Source of the DNA: Candidatus Marinacidobacterales bacterium
Lineage (GTDB): Bacteria > Acidobacteriota > Vicinamibacteria > Marinacidobacterales > DATDRI01
NCBI GenBank assembly: GCA_965219415.1
Contig: CBDCNP010000002.1
Location: 512,001-576,000, forward strand
DNA: 64,000 nucleotides
Direction of reading: 5' to 3'
Numbering within the stretch: the stretch's first letter is position 1; every line of letters begins with the position of its first letter. A program made the position numbers and the translations under genes. Under the pieces are notes generated by a model, which saw only the letters and a list, made by a program, of their open reading frames with translations, was not told the origin of the DNA and did not search any database. This document shows positions 1 to 9,680 of the stretch, one piece after another.

Positions 1-323
1 GCTCCAACTTTCGACTGACGACGGTCGCTACCGACCTACCGATGGCGCTGGATCAACCGGTCGATATCGGCGTCGATGACTTGTGCACTCGGTGTCGGGT
101 CTGCACGGTCGAATGCCCCCCGGATGCTCTCTCCGACCAGAAGCAATGGGTGCGGGGCACCGAGAAATGGTACGTGGATTTCGATCGCTGTGTACCGTAC
201 TTCAGCGATAATTACGGGTGTGCAATATGCCTAGAGGTTTGTCCGTGGTCGGAGTCGAGCCGCGGGTGGGACCTCTCGGAAAAGCTGCTTTCCTTGCGCT
301 CTAAGACGCCCCAACCCGCATAA
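1..323 (+). CDS. C-terminal part of a reductive dehalogenase/QueG-like protein with two 4Fe-4S motifs (5' end outside the window)
   Basis: Frame is open from the window edge (SNFRLTTVATDLPM...). Motifs CTRCRVCTVECP and C..x..CAICLEVCPW follow 'TDLP..D.P.D.G', as in RdhA/QueG C-termini. Confidence 0.7.
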   Translation, partial: SNFRLTTVATDLPMALDQPVDIGVDDLCTRCRVCTVECPPDALSDQKQWVRGTEKWYVDFDRCVPYFSDNYGCAICLEVCPWSESSRGWDLSEKLLSLRSKTPQPA

Positions 324-370
324 AAAAACCTGGGACAGATAACCCAAAGAGATTACCCGTCCCCCGGAAT

Positions 371-985
371 TTACTTTTGCAGGGCCTCGTGGACCCGGCC
401 TACCAAGTCGGGCCCCGGAGTCAACGTTTGATCTCCTTCGTCCTTCCATTTGGCAGGACAAGCCTCGGCCTGTTTCTTCGCCAGGTACAGATTGGCCTTG
501 AACTTCCTCATCAGCTCGTCGATGTTGCGCCCCATGTTGAAGAAATTCACCTCTGAGTTGAGAAGCGTGCCCTCGGGGTTGATGATGAAGGTTCCCCGGA
601 GAGCCAATCCCGCTCCTTCCTCGTAAACGCCGAACATCCTGGACACCGTACCTGTGGGGTCGGCGCCCATCGTATACTTGACGCTCGCCAACTCTTTTTC
701 GTGTCGTTGCCACGCCAGATGCACGAATTGCGTATCACAACTAACCGTGACGAGCTCCGCACCCATCTTATTGAAGCGATCGTGCTGCTCTGCCAGAGCA
801 GCAAATTCGGTCGCTCAGACGAATGTGAAGTCGGCGGGATAGAAGAACAGGATCGTCCACTTATTCTGTGACTTGATCTCGTCGAGACTTATTTTCCCGA
901 AGTCTCCCTTCACTGGATCGAACGTGGCGAGCTCGAAATTGGGCACCGGATGCCCAACTTTTAGCCCGTTTCCGGATTCACTCAT
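371..985 (-). CDS. Selenocysteine-containing AhpC/TSA peroxiredoxin (PrxU-type)
   Basis: ATG at 985 with an AGGAGG RBS. It reads ...FFYPADFTFV-TGA(815-817)-ATEFAALAEQ in frame with ORF 371..766. The TGA sits at the peroxidatic Cys position of FTFVCPTE, and the resolving 'ACPAKW' motif is present. Confidence 0.9.
776..814 (-). promoter_or_regulatory. Putative bacterial SECIS hairpin immediately 3' of the UGA
   Basis: Minus strand after the UGA: gcga ccgaatt TGCTGCTC tggca GAGCAGCA cga tcgc. This is an 8-bp upper stem with a G-containing loop and a short lower stem. Confidence 0.75.
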
Positions 986-1049
986 TGCATTTCCTCCTTA
1001 AGTCGCCTCTCGAGCTCGGCCCCGTATCATAACTCAACTGACCGTGGTC

Positions 1050-2474
1050 CTACCTCCAAAGTGAGCGCTTTGTCAGAATTCGGGAGCATAAATGACCCGC
1101 AAGGTACGTGGTCATGGCCCCAACCGCGACATTCCAAGTCCAAGCCAAAGGCGTCAGAAGACTGACCAGCGTGGGCGTGACCAAACCCGCCAACATTCCC
1201 ACCAGGGTCCCTGCCGCAGTAGCCCGACGGCTCGAGACGCCTAGCAAGAACGCACCTACAGTTGGACCCGACGCGTAGGATAAAGCCGCGAGCCCGGCCT
1301 CGAGTGCGGAAGAGACCCGTTGCGCCAACAGGGCGACAATCGCTTGGGCTACTCCCCAGAAGACGGTGAAGATCCGACCCAGACGTATCTGCTGTGCTTC
1401 CCCTGCCCTAGGATTCACGTAGGGGATGTAGAAATCCTTCAGTGTCGTCGAGGCAAGACTATTCAAAGAGGGAGACAAGGCCGCCGCTACCACCGCCGCC
1501 AAGATGAAACCGGTCCAGGCTCCCGGAAGCTCGTTGGCTATGAACGTCGGCAGGACTTCGTCTCCCCTTGCAAACGACTTCCCGCCATAGAAGGACCCAA
1601 GAAGCGTCCCGATCAAAAGAAACAGTGCGAACTGACCGAAGACGACGAATCCGGAAAGAACGAGCCCCCGTGCTGCATCTCGGGCGCTGCGTGCGGCGAG
1701 GAGTCGCTGAACCAGGTATTGGTCCGTCCCATGGGTACCGAGGATCAAGAACATCCCTCCGATGACTCCGGACCACAACGTATACGTTCTCCCGGCGTCG
1801 AGCGACAGATCGAGGACTTGGGTCTTGCCGGCCGCCGCCGCGGAAGCAAGAGTCTCCGTGATTCCTCCCGGCAGGGCATGAGCGACCGCAACCAGCACAG
1901 CCAATGCCCCGGCCAAGTAGACAAACAACTGAACGACGTCGGTCCAGATGGTGGCCTTGACTCCGCCTTCTTCTGTGTAGAACATCATCGCCGCCGCCAA
2001 CAACAGAACGAAGTAGGGCTCGGGAGCGCCAACCGCCACCGCCACGACCAATGCCGCGGCGTGAAGCCGTATCCCATCGGCTAAAGTTCGGTAGACCAGG
2101 AAGACGGCTGCCGCCACGTTGCGAACTGACGGACCGAACCGACGAAGAAGGAACTGGTAGGAGGTGAAGACTTCGCCCCGAAAGTAAGCGGGGATTAGGA
2201 CTGCGGCGATGATGAAGCGCCCCAGGATGTAGCCCAGGCCCAGCTGCAGAAAAACCCAGTTTCCGTCGTAGGAGAAACCGGGAACACGTGTGAAGGTGAG
2301 GGTACTGGTCTCCGTCGCGACGATGCAGGCGGCGATGGCCCACCAGGGGACGCTGCGGCTGGCGAGAAAGTAATCATCGACGGATTTTCTCTTCCGCCCT
2401 AGATAGACGCCGAAGAAGGAAATAGCCGCCAAGTATGCGAGCAGGACAACGACGGCAGACAAGGAGAGATTCAA
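1050..2474 (-). CDS. Sodium:solute symporter (SSS) family protein
   Basis: DYFLASRSVPWWAI, ATETSTLTF, GGVKATIWTDVVQ and DQYLVQRLLAA motifs with many TM segments. Probable TTG start at 2474 after GAGGAG. Confidence 0.9.
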   Translation of the reverse strand: MNLSLSAVVVLLAYLAAISFFGVYLGRKRKSVDDYFLASRSVPWWAIAACIVATETSTLTFTRVPGFSYDGNWVFLQLGLGYILGRFIIAAVLIPAYFRGEVFTSYQFLLRRFGPSVRNVAAAVFLVYRTLADGIRLHAAALVVAVAVGAPEPYFVLLLAAAMMFYTEEGGVKATIWTDVVQLFVYLAGALAVLVAVAHALPGGITETLASAAAAGKTQVLDLSLDAGRTYTLWSGVIGGMFLILGTHGTDQYLVQRLLAARSARDAARGLVLSGFVVFGQFALFLLIGTLLGSFYGGKSFARGDEVLPTFIANELPGAWTGFILAAVVAAALSPSLNSLASTTLKDFYIPYVNPRAGEAQQIRLGRIFTVFWGVAQAIVALLAQRVSSALEAGLAALSYASGPTVGAFLLGVSSRRATAAGTLVGMLAGLVTPTLVSLLTPLAWTWNVAVGAMTTYLAGHLCSRILTKRSLWR

Positions 2475-2547
2475 ACACACTCCTCCCCGGTTGCCGCCAC
2501 CCAAGGAAGCGTGAGGGCGTTACCGCTGGCGTGTCGAACCGGCGCGT

Positions 2548-3021
2548 TTAACTCTCTGGTTCACCGGGTGTCGGCAGGTACTTCACCGGCACCGCCGACG
2601 CGATCCACCACTTGCCATCCTTCTTTACCATCACCACGGTCACGTGGTGCTCGAAGGGGGGCAGGTCCGCGCCGTCGGGTCCCTTCATGCCCAGAACGTC
2701 ACAATCGAAATCCAATGGGGCGACGTCGGCAGTGAGGAGTCGCACCGAGTTGCTTTTCACGTCATAGGTCGTCTTCTTCATGAAGGTCGAGTGCTCATCG
2801 GTGAAGAGCTTCTCCACGTCGGCGCGGCCCTTGGCCACCCGACCGAAAGGATTGATCAGCTCGCCATCCGGGGCCCAAGGGGCCGCCATCGCCTTGGCGT
2901 CGTTCTTGTTCCAAGCGGCGGTCAATTCTTCGAGGCGCTTCTGGATCGCTTCTTCGTCACCGGCGATGGCGGTGGGAAGTGCTACCAGGGACATAAGCAA
3001 AGCTAAGAAAAACGTCTTCAT
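2548..3021 (-). CDS. Secreted NTF2-like (SgcJ/EcaC/DUF4440) protein
   Basis: N-terminal signal peptide. 'AAWNKNDAKAMAA..APDGELINPFG...GRADV' and the 'KKDGKWWI' end are typical of SnoaL/NTF2 folds. Confidence 0.75.
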   Translation of the reverse strand: MKTFFLALLMSLVALPTAIAGDEEAIQKRLEELTAAWNKNDAKAMAAPWAPDGELINPFGRVAKGRADVEKLFTDEHSTFMKKTTYDVKSNSVRLLTADVAPLDFDCDVLGMKGPDGADLPPFEHHVTVVMVKKDGKWWIASAVPVKYLPTPGEPES

Positions 3022-3137
3022 GGTGACCCTCCTTGTGTTTCAGAATCGGGCCACAAGCTACATGGGGAGGGGCACCGCCTGCAAATGGGTCCGGCGAGCT
3101 GGTATGCTTTCATCGCCATCGAAGAGGAGAGACCAAA

Positions 3138-4565
3138 ATGGCGCACGCGTATGGACAACTCGTTGACGGTAAGTGGGAAACGGGGACCGAGGCGATCTCC
3201 GTAATCGACAAATACTCCGGCGGGGAGATCGGCACCGTGCCGAGTGCCAGCAAGGACGACGTAGCGCGGGCGGTCGGTGCCGCGGCCAAGGCGTTCCCCG
3301 CCTACGCAGACCTACCGGCCCATCGGCGAGCCAAGATTTTCACCCGCGCTTCCGAGCTTTTGGAGAAATACCAGGAAGATCTGGCCGCTACCATCTGCCG
3401 TGAGGCGGGCAAGGCATGGAAGTTCTCCCTTCTGGAAGTCGCCCGCGCCATCGAGACCTTTCAGTTCGCCGCCGAAGAAGCCAAGAGAATCCATGGAGAG
3501 ACGATCCCGATGGACGCCTCGGCGGGTGGCGAGAACCGGATGGGTTTCTACATTCGCACACCGGTCGGCGTGGTCGGAGCGATCTCCCCATTCAATTTCC
3601 CGCTCAACCTGGTCGGACATAAGGTTGCGCCCGCCCTCGCGGCGGGAAACACCGTCGTACTCAAACCGGCGACCACGACTCCGCTGACCGCGGTGCGACT
3701 TGGCGAGATCCTCATGGAAGCGGGCCTCCCCGACGGGGTCTTCAATCTCGTATTCGGCAATGGGGCCACGGTGGGCGATTGGCTGGTCACCGACCCACGC
3801 ATCGCCAAGATCACGTTCACGGGAAGTCCCCCGGTTGGTCGGCAGATCATGAGCCGCGCCGGCTTGAAAAAGATCACCCTCGAGCTTGGAAACAACTCCG
3901 GTACGATCATCGAAGACGATGCGGATATCGATAAGGCGGTCCCTCGGTGCGTGGTTTCCTCCTTTGCCAACTCCGGGCAAATCTGCATTAGTCTTCAGAG
4001 GCTCTATCTCCACGAGAAGATCGCCGCGGAGTTCACCGACAAGTTTCTCGCCGCCACCGCGAAACTGAACGTAGGAAACCCCCTCGATCGAGACTGCGAT
4101 GTTGGGCCCATGATCACCGAGTCCGAGGCGGAGCGTGCCGAGGCTTGGATGAAAGAGGCGGTAGGCAAAGGGGCGAAGATCCTGATCGGCGGAAAACGGG
4201 AAGGCCGTATGTTCTGGCCCACCGTCATGACCGACGTCAAGCCAAACATGAAAGTGGTTTGCGACGAGACCTTCGCCCCGCAAGTATCCTTGGTGACTTA
4301 TCGCTCGTTCGACGAGGCGCTCGACCTCTTGGCGGACTCGGCCTACGGCCTGCAAGCCGGCATCTACACCAGCGACATCAAGAAAGCCTTTCAGGCCATC
4401 AAGCGGGTGGACGTCGGCGGCATGATGGTGAACGACACGTCGATCTTCCGCGTCGATCAGATGCCCTACGGCGGGAACAAAATGAGCGGGATCGGCCGGG
4501 AAGGCGTTCGCTTTGCTATCGAGGAGATGACGAATATACGGATGGTCTGCTTCAACCTCTCCTAG
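3138..4565 (+). CDS. NAD(P)-dependent aldehyde dehydrogenase
   Basis: ISPFNFP, FTGS, TLELG, GQIC, ETFAP and PYGGNKMSGIGREG motifs. ATG at 3138 after GAGGAG. Confidence 0.95.
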   Translation: MAHAYGQLVDGKWETGTEAISVIDKYSGGEIGTVPSASKDDVARAVGAAAKAFPAYADLPAHRRAKIFTRASELLEKYQEDLAATICREAGKAWKFSLLEVARAIETFQFAAEEAKRIHGETIPMDASAGGENRMGFYIRTPVGVVGAISPFNFPLNLVGHKVAPALAAGNTVVLKPATTTPLTAVRLGEILMEAGLPDGVFNLVFGNGATVGDWLVTDPRIAKITFTGSPPVGRQIMSRAGLKKITLELGNNSGTIIEDDADIDKAVPRCVVSSFANSGQICISLQRLYLHEKIAAEFTDKFLAATAKLNVGNPLDRDCDVGPMITESEAERAEAWMKEAVGKGAKILIGGKREGRMFWPTVMTDVKPNMKVVCDETFAPQVSLVTYRSFDEALDLLADSAYGLQAGIYTSDIKKAFQAIKRVDVGGMMVNDTSIFRVDQMPYGGNKMSGIGREGVRFAIEEMTNIRMVCFNLS

Positions 4566-4584
4566 CATTATGGTTGACGATTAG

Positions 4585-5472
4585 ATGTTCGTCGTAATTC
4601 TCACCGCCCTCACGCTGGTCGCATTTGCCGCAAACTCCCTGCTCTGCCGCATGGCACTGGGTGAGGATCTCATCGATCCCGTGACCTTTACGACCCTTCG
4701 TCTGGCGAGCGGCGCGATAATTCTCGTTCCCATCTCGAAGCTGGTGGCCGAGTCACCCCCGGCCGGACACGGCCTGGAAAAGCAAGACCTGCGAGGATCA
4801 TGGAGCTCGGGCTTGGCGTTGTTCGTGTACGCGGCCGCGTTCTCGCTCGCCTATCTCTCCCTGGACGCAGGAATGGGTGCGCTCATACTCTTTGGGGCGG
4901 TGCAGGCGACGATGATGGGTGCGGGACTGAGATCAGGTGAACGGCCGCACCCTGTTCAATGGCTTGGGCTCATTACCGCACTCGGCGGGCTCGTCTATCT
5001 CGTTTCGCCCGGGATCTCGGCGCCCGATCCACTCGGAGCGTTCTTGATGTTCATTGCCGGGATTGCCTGGGGCGCATACTCAGTTCGAGGTAGAGGCGTG
5101 GCCGCACCCGTTTCGTCAACAACCGCCAACTTCGCTCGAGCCGTCCCCATGGCAGCCATCGCCAGTGCGCTCGCGTTCTCATGGATTCACGTTGAGCGAA
5201 CCGGAGCCATCTTGGCCCTTGTGTCCGGGACCATCACGTCTGGGCTGGGGTACGTTCTGTGGTACAAGGCCCTTCGAGGCTTAACAACGACGCGAGCGTC
5301 CATCGTGCAACTCCTCGTGCCGGTTCTCGCCGCTTTCGGCGGTGTCGTGTTTCTGGCCGAGGGGGTGTCCGCAAGACTAGCCATCGCGAGCGCGATGATA
5401 CTTGGAGGCGTTGCCATGGCGGTCTTGACCCGTGCATCGGAGCCCAGCGAAGACCCAGTGAGACATGGATAA
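4585..5472 (+). CDS. DMT/EamA family transporter
   Basis: About 10 TM segments; 'AFAANSLLCRMAL' and 'SGLGYVLWY' are typical of EamA repeats. Confidence 0.88.
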   Translation: MFVVILTALTLVAFAANSLLCRMALGEDLIDPVTFTTLRLASGAIILVPISKLVAESPPAGHGLEKQDLRGSWSSGLALFVYAAAFSLAYLSLDAGMGALILFGAVQATMMGAGLRSGERPHPVQWLGLITALGGLVYLVSPGISAPDPLGAFLMFIAGIAWGAYSVRGRGVAAPVSSTTANFARAVPMAAIASALAFSWIHVERTGAILALVSGTITSGLGYVLWYKALRGLTTTRASIVQLLVPVLAAFGGVVFLAEGVSARLAIASAMILGGVAMAVLTRASEPSEDPVRHG

Positions 5473-5626
5473 GACGGAGCCCTTCGATACTGCCACCGGT
5501 TGCGAGTACGTCGAGTCCGACGACGTTGCGCTCGAGCGTCGGAGGCAGTAGGCTCCTACCAGCCGCACCAGTTCAGAAATGAATCTCCGCAGACACCGGC
5601 TGCTGCCCAAACACTAGGAGGACGCT

Positions 5627-6817
5627 ATGTCGGTTACGCGTCGGGCCTTCATGAGCACGTTGGGGTTGGAAAAACATGGAGCGCTTTCGCTCCCCTTGAT
5701 CGCCGCTCGCGGTCGCGAGGCGCTGGCGGCCACCGAGCCCCGCTCGCCCGCCATTCCCCCGCCTCCCGATTTGGACGAGATCCGTATCAGCAGCAACGAG
5801 AACCCCTTGGGACCGGGACCGTCGGCCATCCGTTCTCTTCGTGGGGCGCTCGATCAGACCAGGCTTTATCCGATGAATGCGCGGATATCCGACTCGGCCC
5901 TGAGGGAGCGCCTGGCCAGGAAGTTTGGCGTCCAGTCGGAGAACCTCGTGCTTGCCGCAGGCTCGAGCGAAATCCTGCGAAACGCGGTCCGTGCTTTTAC
6001 CGGGCCCAACGAGCCTCTCGTCACCGGGGACTGCTCCTTCGAGAACCCGGTCAAGGCCGCGGAACGGTTTGGGCGTCCGGTGAAGGCTATTCCGCTCACT
6101 GCGGATCTTGCGCTCGATCTGGACAAGATGGCGGGAGCCGCCATCGGAGCGGGGTTGGTCTATCTCTGCAACCCCAACAACCCTACCGCCACCGTCCATT
6201 CGGCCAACGCGGTGAAGGACTTCGTGAAGTTTGTGACCAGGGAATCGTCTTACACGCATATTCTGATCGACGAGGCGTATCACGATTATGTGACCGACCC
6301 ATCCTACGAGACGTCCGCCGAGCTGGCGACGAGGTACCGCAACGTGTTCGTGAGCCGCACGTTTTCGAAGGCGTACGGAATGGCCGGGCTGCGACAAGGT
6401 TACGCGGTTGGTGGCAAGGAAACGGTCGGCAAACTGCGAGCGCTCAAACTAACGGTGGACACCAACATTCTCGGCATGGCCGCTGCCATGGGAGCTCTCG
6501 ACGACGACGCGCACATCGAGGAAGAAGTGGCCCGCAACACCGCGGCCCGCAAGTACACGCTCGATTTCTTCCGGCGTGCCGGATACCGAACCACCGACAG
6601 TCAGACGAACTTCATCTTCGTGCACTTGGGGAGTCCTGCGAAAGAATTTCGGGAATCCTGCGAGAAGTACAAGATCAAAGTGGGAAGGGACTTCTCTCCC
6701 TACGAGAAAACTCACGCACGGATCTCCATCGGGACCATGGAGGAGATGCGTCGGGCCACCGAGGTCTTCCAGCGGGTTCTCGGTACGTCCGCCACCGACT
6801 CTGCCGGGCAAAGGTAA
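5627..6817 (+). CDS. PLP-dependent class I/II aminotransferase (HisC-like) with Tat signal
   Basis: TRRAFM twin-arginine motif; SSNENP, CNPNNPT, DEAY and SRTFSKAYGMAGLR motifs. Confidence 0.88.
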   Translation: MSVTRRAFMSTLGLEKHGALSLPLIAARGREALAATEPRSPAIPPPPDLDEIRISSNENPLGPGPSAIRSLRGALDQTRLYPMNARISDSALRERLARKFGVQSENLVLAAGSSEILRNAVRAFTGPNEPLVTGDCSFENPVKAAERFGRPVKAIPLTADLALDLDKMAGAAIGAGLVYLCNPNNPTATVHSANAVKDFVKFVTRESSYTHILIDEAYHDYVTDPSYETSAELATRYRNVFVSRTFSKAYGMAGLRQGYAVGGKETVGKLRALKLTVDTNILGMAAAMGALDDDAHIEEEVARNTAARKYTLDFFRRAGYRTTDSQTNFIFVHLGSPAKEFRESCEKYKIKVGRDFSPYEKTHARISIGTMEEMRRATEVFQRVLGTSATDSAGQR

Positions 6818-6827
6818 GGAGGTCGAC

Positions 6828-8006
6828 ATGCCACTTACGAGACGGAGTATGTTGAAGAACCTGGGAGTCGGCGCCGCGGGAATGTACGCGAGCTCGCTCG
6901 TCAGCACACGTTGGCAGGAGTCCATCGCCTTCGCCGCGGAGACCTCCCTGCCACTAGAGACTGTCATCAACCTGCACAACAACGAGAATCCCCTGGGCCC
7001 CGGGCAGCCCGTCCTGGACGCGGTCGACGGCGGCCTCGGTTCCGATGGCGCCAAGACGGGTCGCTATCCGTTCGCCTATGGGGACGCGCTTCACGAGGCG
7101 ATCGCTGCGAAATTCGGAGTGAAGCCCGAGAATGTCCTGATCGGGGCGGGCTCGACGCAGATCCTGGTGGACGCCACTCACGTCTACACTTCGAAGGAAA
7201 AGGCCCTGGTGGGATCTCTCCCCACCTATGAAGAGTGCTTCGGCTACGCACGCTTCATGGGTCACCGCTCCAAGGCCGTCCCACTGACGAGCGAGTTCCG
7301 TATGGATCTGGATCAGACGCTCCACGCCTGCAAGGGAGGGGGGCTTCTCTTCTACTGCAACCCCAACAACCCCGCCGCCTCAATCGTCGCCCCCAGCGAC
7401 ACGAAGGAGTTCATTCCCCGCGTCTTGAAGGCGACGTCCGATCTCCACATCCTCGCAGATGAAGCGTATTTCGACTACGTAACGACACCCGGGCATGAAA
7501 CGCTCATCCCGATGGCGGTCCAAGAACCCCGACTCATCGTGTCCCGTACCTTTTCCAAGGCGTACGGGATGGCCGGTCTTCGGGTCGGCTATGCCATCGC
7601 CCATGAGAAGACCATCGAAGAGCTCGAGAAGTTCCACATGACGCTCGGGGTCAGCGGCTTGAGCTATGCCGCCGCCATCGGCGCGCTGGAGCGCGATCAA
7701 AAGGATCCTTCTTTCATTACTAATGAACGCGCTCGGAATCGGAAGGCGCGGGACTATACGCGCAGCTGGTTCCACGAACGGGGGTACAAGGATACCGACT
7801 CGCAGGCGAACTTCCTCTTCGTCGACGTCCAGATGCCGGTGGAGGATTTCCAGGCTGGATGTCGGGAGCACGGTGTGAGGGTGGGACGTCCTTTCCCACC
7901 GCTGTGGACGCACTGCCGCACCTCGATAGGAACCTTGGAGCAGATGCAGAGAGCCACCAAGGTGTTCGAGAAGGTACTGGGCGCGAGGGCTAAGGCCGCC
8001 GCGTAG
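6828..8006 (+). CDS. Second HisC-like PLP aminotransferase with Tat signal
   Basis: ATG at 6828 after AAGGAGG. TRRSMLK motif; NNENP, CNPNNP, DEAY and SRTFSKAYGMAGLRVGY motifs. Confidence 0.88.
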   Translation: MPLTRRSMLKNLGVGAAGMYASSLVSTRWQESIAFAAETSLPLETVINLHNNENPLGPGQPVLDAVDGGLGSDGAKTGRYPFAYGDALHEAIAAKFGVKPENVLIGAGSTQILVDATHVYTSKEKALVGSLPTYEECFGYARFMGHRSKAVPLTSEFRMDLDQTLHACKGGGLLFYCNPNNPAASIVAPSDTKEFIPRVLKATSDLHILADEAYFDYVTTPGHETLIPMAVQEPRLIVSRTFSKAYGMAGLRVGYAIAHEKTIEELEKFHMTLGVSGLSYAAAIGALERDQKDPSFITNERARNRKARDYTRSWFHERGYKDTDSQANFLFVDVQMPVEDFQAGCREHGVRVGRPFPPLWTHCRTSIGTLEQMQRATKVFEKVLGARAKAAA

Positions 8007-8040
8007 ACGGAGCTTCGCTGCTGCGCTGACTGGTTAGGCG

Positions 8041-9054
8041 CTATTCACCGGGGCGCACCTTCACCGGATCCAAGAACGGGATCATCTCCCGGAGCTCCGC
8101 GCCGACCCTCTCGAGGAGCTGCTCCTGCTCGGTGGCGCGAATCTTGTTGAACTCCGGCCGTCCCGCCTTGTTCTCTTCGATCCATCCTCGCGCGTAGGTC
8201 CCATCCTTGATGTCACAGAGCATTTTTTCCATCTCTTTGATGGTCCCCTCGTTCACCACGCGCGGACCTCCCGTGTAGTCGCCATGCTCGGCGGTGTCGC
8301 TGACCGAATAACGCATGTAGTTCAAGCCGCCCCGGTACATCAGGTCGACGATGAGCTTCAACTCGTGAAGGCACTCGAAATAGGCCACCTCGGGCTGATA
8401 GCCAGCCTTCACCAGCGTGTTGAAACCGGCCTTGACGAGAGCCGACACGCCGCCGCAAAGCACGGCTTGCTCACCGAAAAGGTCGGTCTCGGTCTCCTCC
8501 GCAAAAGTCGTGACCAAGACGCCGGCCCGCGTGGCACCGAGGGCCTTGGCGTAGGAAAGCGCCTGCGCTTCCGCTTGTCCACTAGCGTCTTGCTCCACCG
8601 CCAAAAGTGCCGGAGTCCCCTGCTGAGCCGTGTAAGTCTCACGCACACGGTGTCCCGGGGCCTTGGGCGCGATCATGCTGACATCGATATTCTTCGGAGG
8701 GGTGATCGTCCCGTACCTAATGTTGAACCCGTGGCTAAACATCAAGGTGTTGCCCAATTCCAAGTGAGGCTCGATCTCCTCCTCGTAGATTTTCGGCTGC
8801 TTGGTGTCGGGAGCGAGCACCATGATGACGTCGGCCCACTTGGAAGCTTCCGCGACGTCGGTAACCTCGACGCCCTGTTCTTTCGCGATGGCGCGACGCT
8901 TACTGTCCAGCCTCAAAGCGACGCGGACCGATACTCCACTGTCCTGCAGATTCAAGGCGTGCGCGTGGCCCTGCGACCCGTAGCCGATGATGGCGACTTT
9001 TTTCTCCCGGATGAGCGAGAGATCCGCATCCTTATCGTAGAAGATCCTTGCCAT
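8041..9054 (-). CDS. ilvC: Ketol-acid reductoisomerase
   Basis: [12 protein letters not shown] start; [29 protein letters not shown] and YSVSDTAE motifs. Confidence 0.97.
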   Translation of the reverse strand: MARIFYDKDADLSLIREKKVAIIGYGSQGHAHALNLQDSGVSVRVALRLDSKRRAIAKEQGVEVTDVAEASKWADVIMVLAPDTKQPKIYEEEIEPHLELGNTLMFSHGFNIRYGTITPPKNIDVSMIAPKAPGHRVRETYTAQQGTPALLAVEQDASGQAEAQALSYAKALGATRAGVLVTTFAEETETDLFGEQAVLCGGVSALVKAGFNTLVKAGYQPEVAYFECLHELKLIVDLMYRGGLNYMRYSVSDTAEHGDYTGGPRVVNEGTIKEMEKMLCDIKDGTYARGWIEENKAGRPEFNKIRATEQEQLLERVGAELREMIPFLDPVKVRPGE

Positions 9055-9079
9055 AAAACGTTGCTCCTTTTCGAGTCCC

Positions 9080-9673
9080 TTAGTTGGTCGCGGGATGGGC
9101 GCGTTCTTGGGCCGCCCCATTCGGAAGACGCGCATGGACGAATCCGGGCTGGACGCTGGTAGCCTCGGATCCACGCTTCATCGCAACCGTGCCGGTGCGC
9201 GCCATTTCGATGATACCGAATGGCCGCAGCACATCCAGAAGTCCATCGATCTTGTCCTCGGTGCCGGTGATCTCCACCATCAGGGCATCGGTCGTAACGT
9301 CCACGACGCGGGCCCGGAATACTTCGACGATCTGGAGTACCTGGGGACGCTCCTCCGCCGTGGCGCCGACTTTGATGAGCGCCAGATCCCGCATCACCGC
9401 GGGGCTCAGGCTCACGTCCTCGACTCGCAATACATTGACCAGCTTGTAGAGGTTAGCCTCCACGAGTCGGGCAGCGTTGGCATCAGCGTCCATCACGATC
9501 GTCATTCGGGAAACGCCGGGTTGATCCGAATGACCAACCGCCAGCGAGTCGATGTTGAAATTCCGTCGGCGGAACAAAGACACGGCGCGATTGAGAACAC
9601 CGGGTTTGTCCTCGACGTAGACGACGAATGTCCGGAGTGACCTCGACTTGGATTGATTCCCATTATTTGGCAC
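9080..9673 (-). CDS. ilvN: Acetolactate synthase small (regulatory) subunit
   Basis: ACT domain '[10 protein letters not shown]...[11 protein letters not shown]' and 'EMARTG'; lies between ilvB and ilvC. Confidence 0.95.
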   Translation of the reverse strand: MPNNGNQSKSRSLRTFVVYVEDKPGVLNRAVSLFRRRNFNIDSLAVGHSDQPGVSRMTIVMDADANAARLVEANLYKLVNVLRVEDVSLSPAVMRDLALIKVGATAEERPQVLQIVEVFRARVVDVTTDALMVEITGTEDKIDGLLDVLRPFGIIEMARTGTVAMKRGSEATSVQPGFVHARLPNGAAQERAHPATN

Positions 9674-9680
9674 TTTGTCC

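Noticed and set aside
3312-4568. Long antisense ORFs such as 3312..4568, 16956..18101, 51405..52613 and 5500..6855
   Set aside because: These are shadow or overlapping frames of well-supported genes, common in GC-rich DNA, and carry no recognisable motifs.
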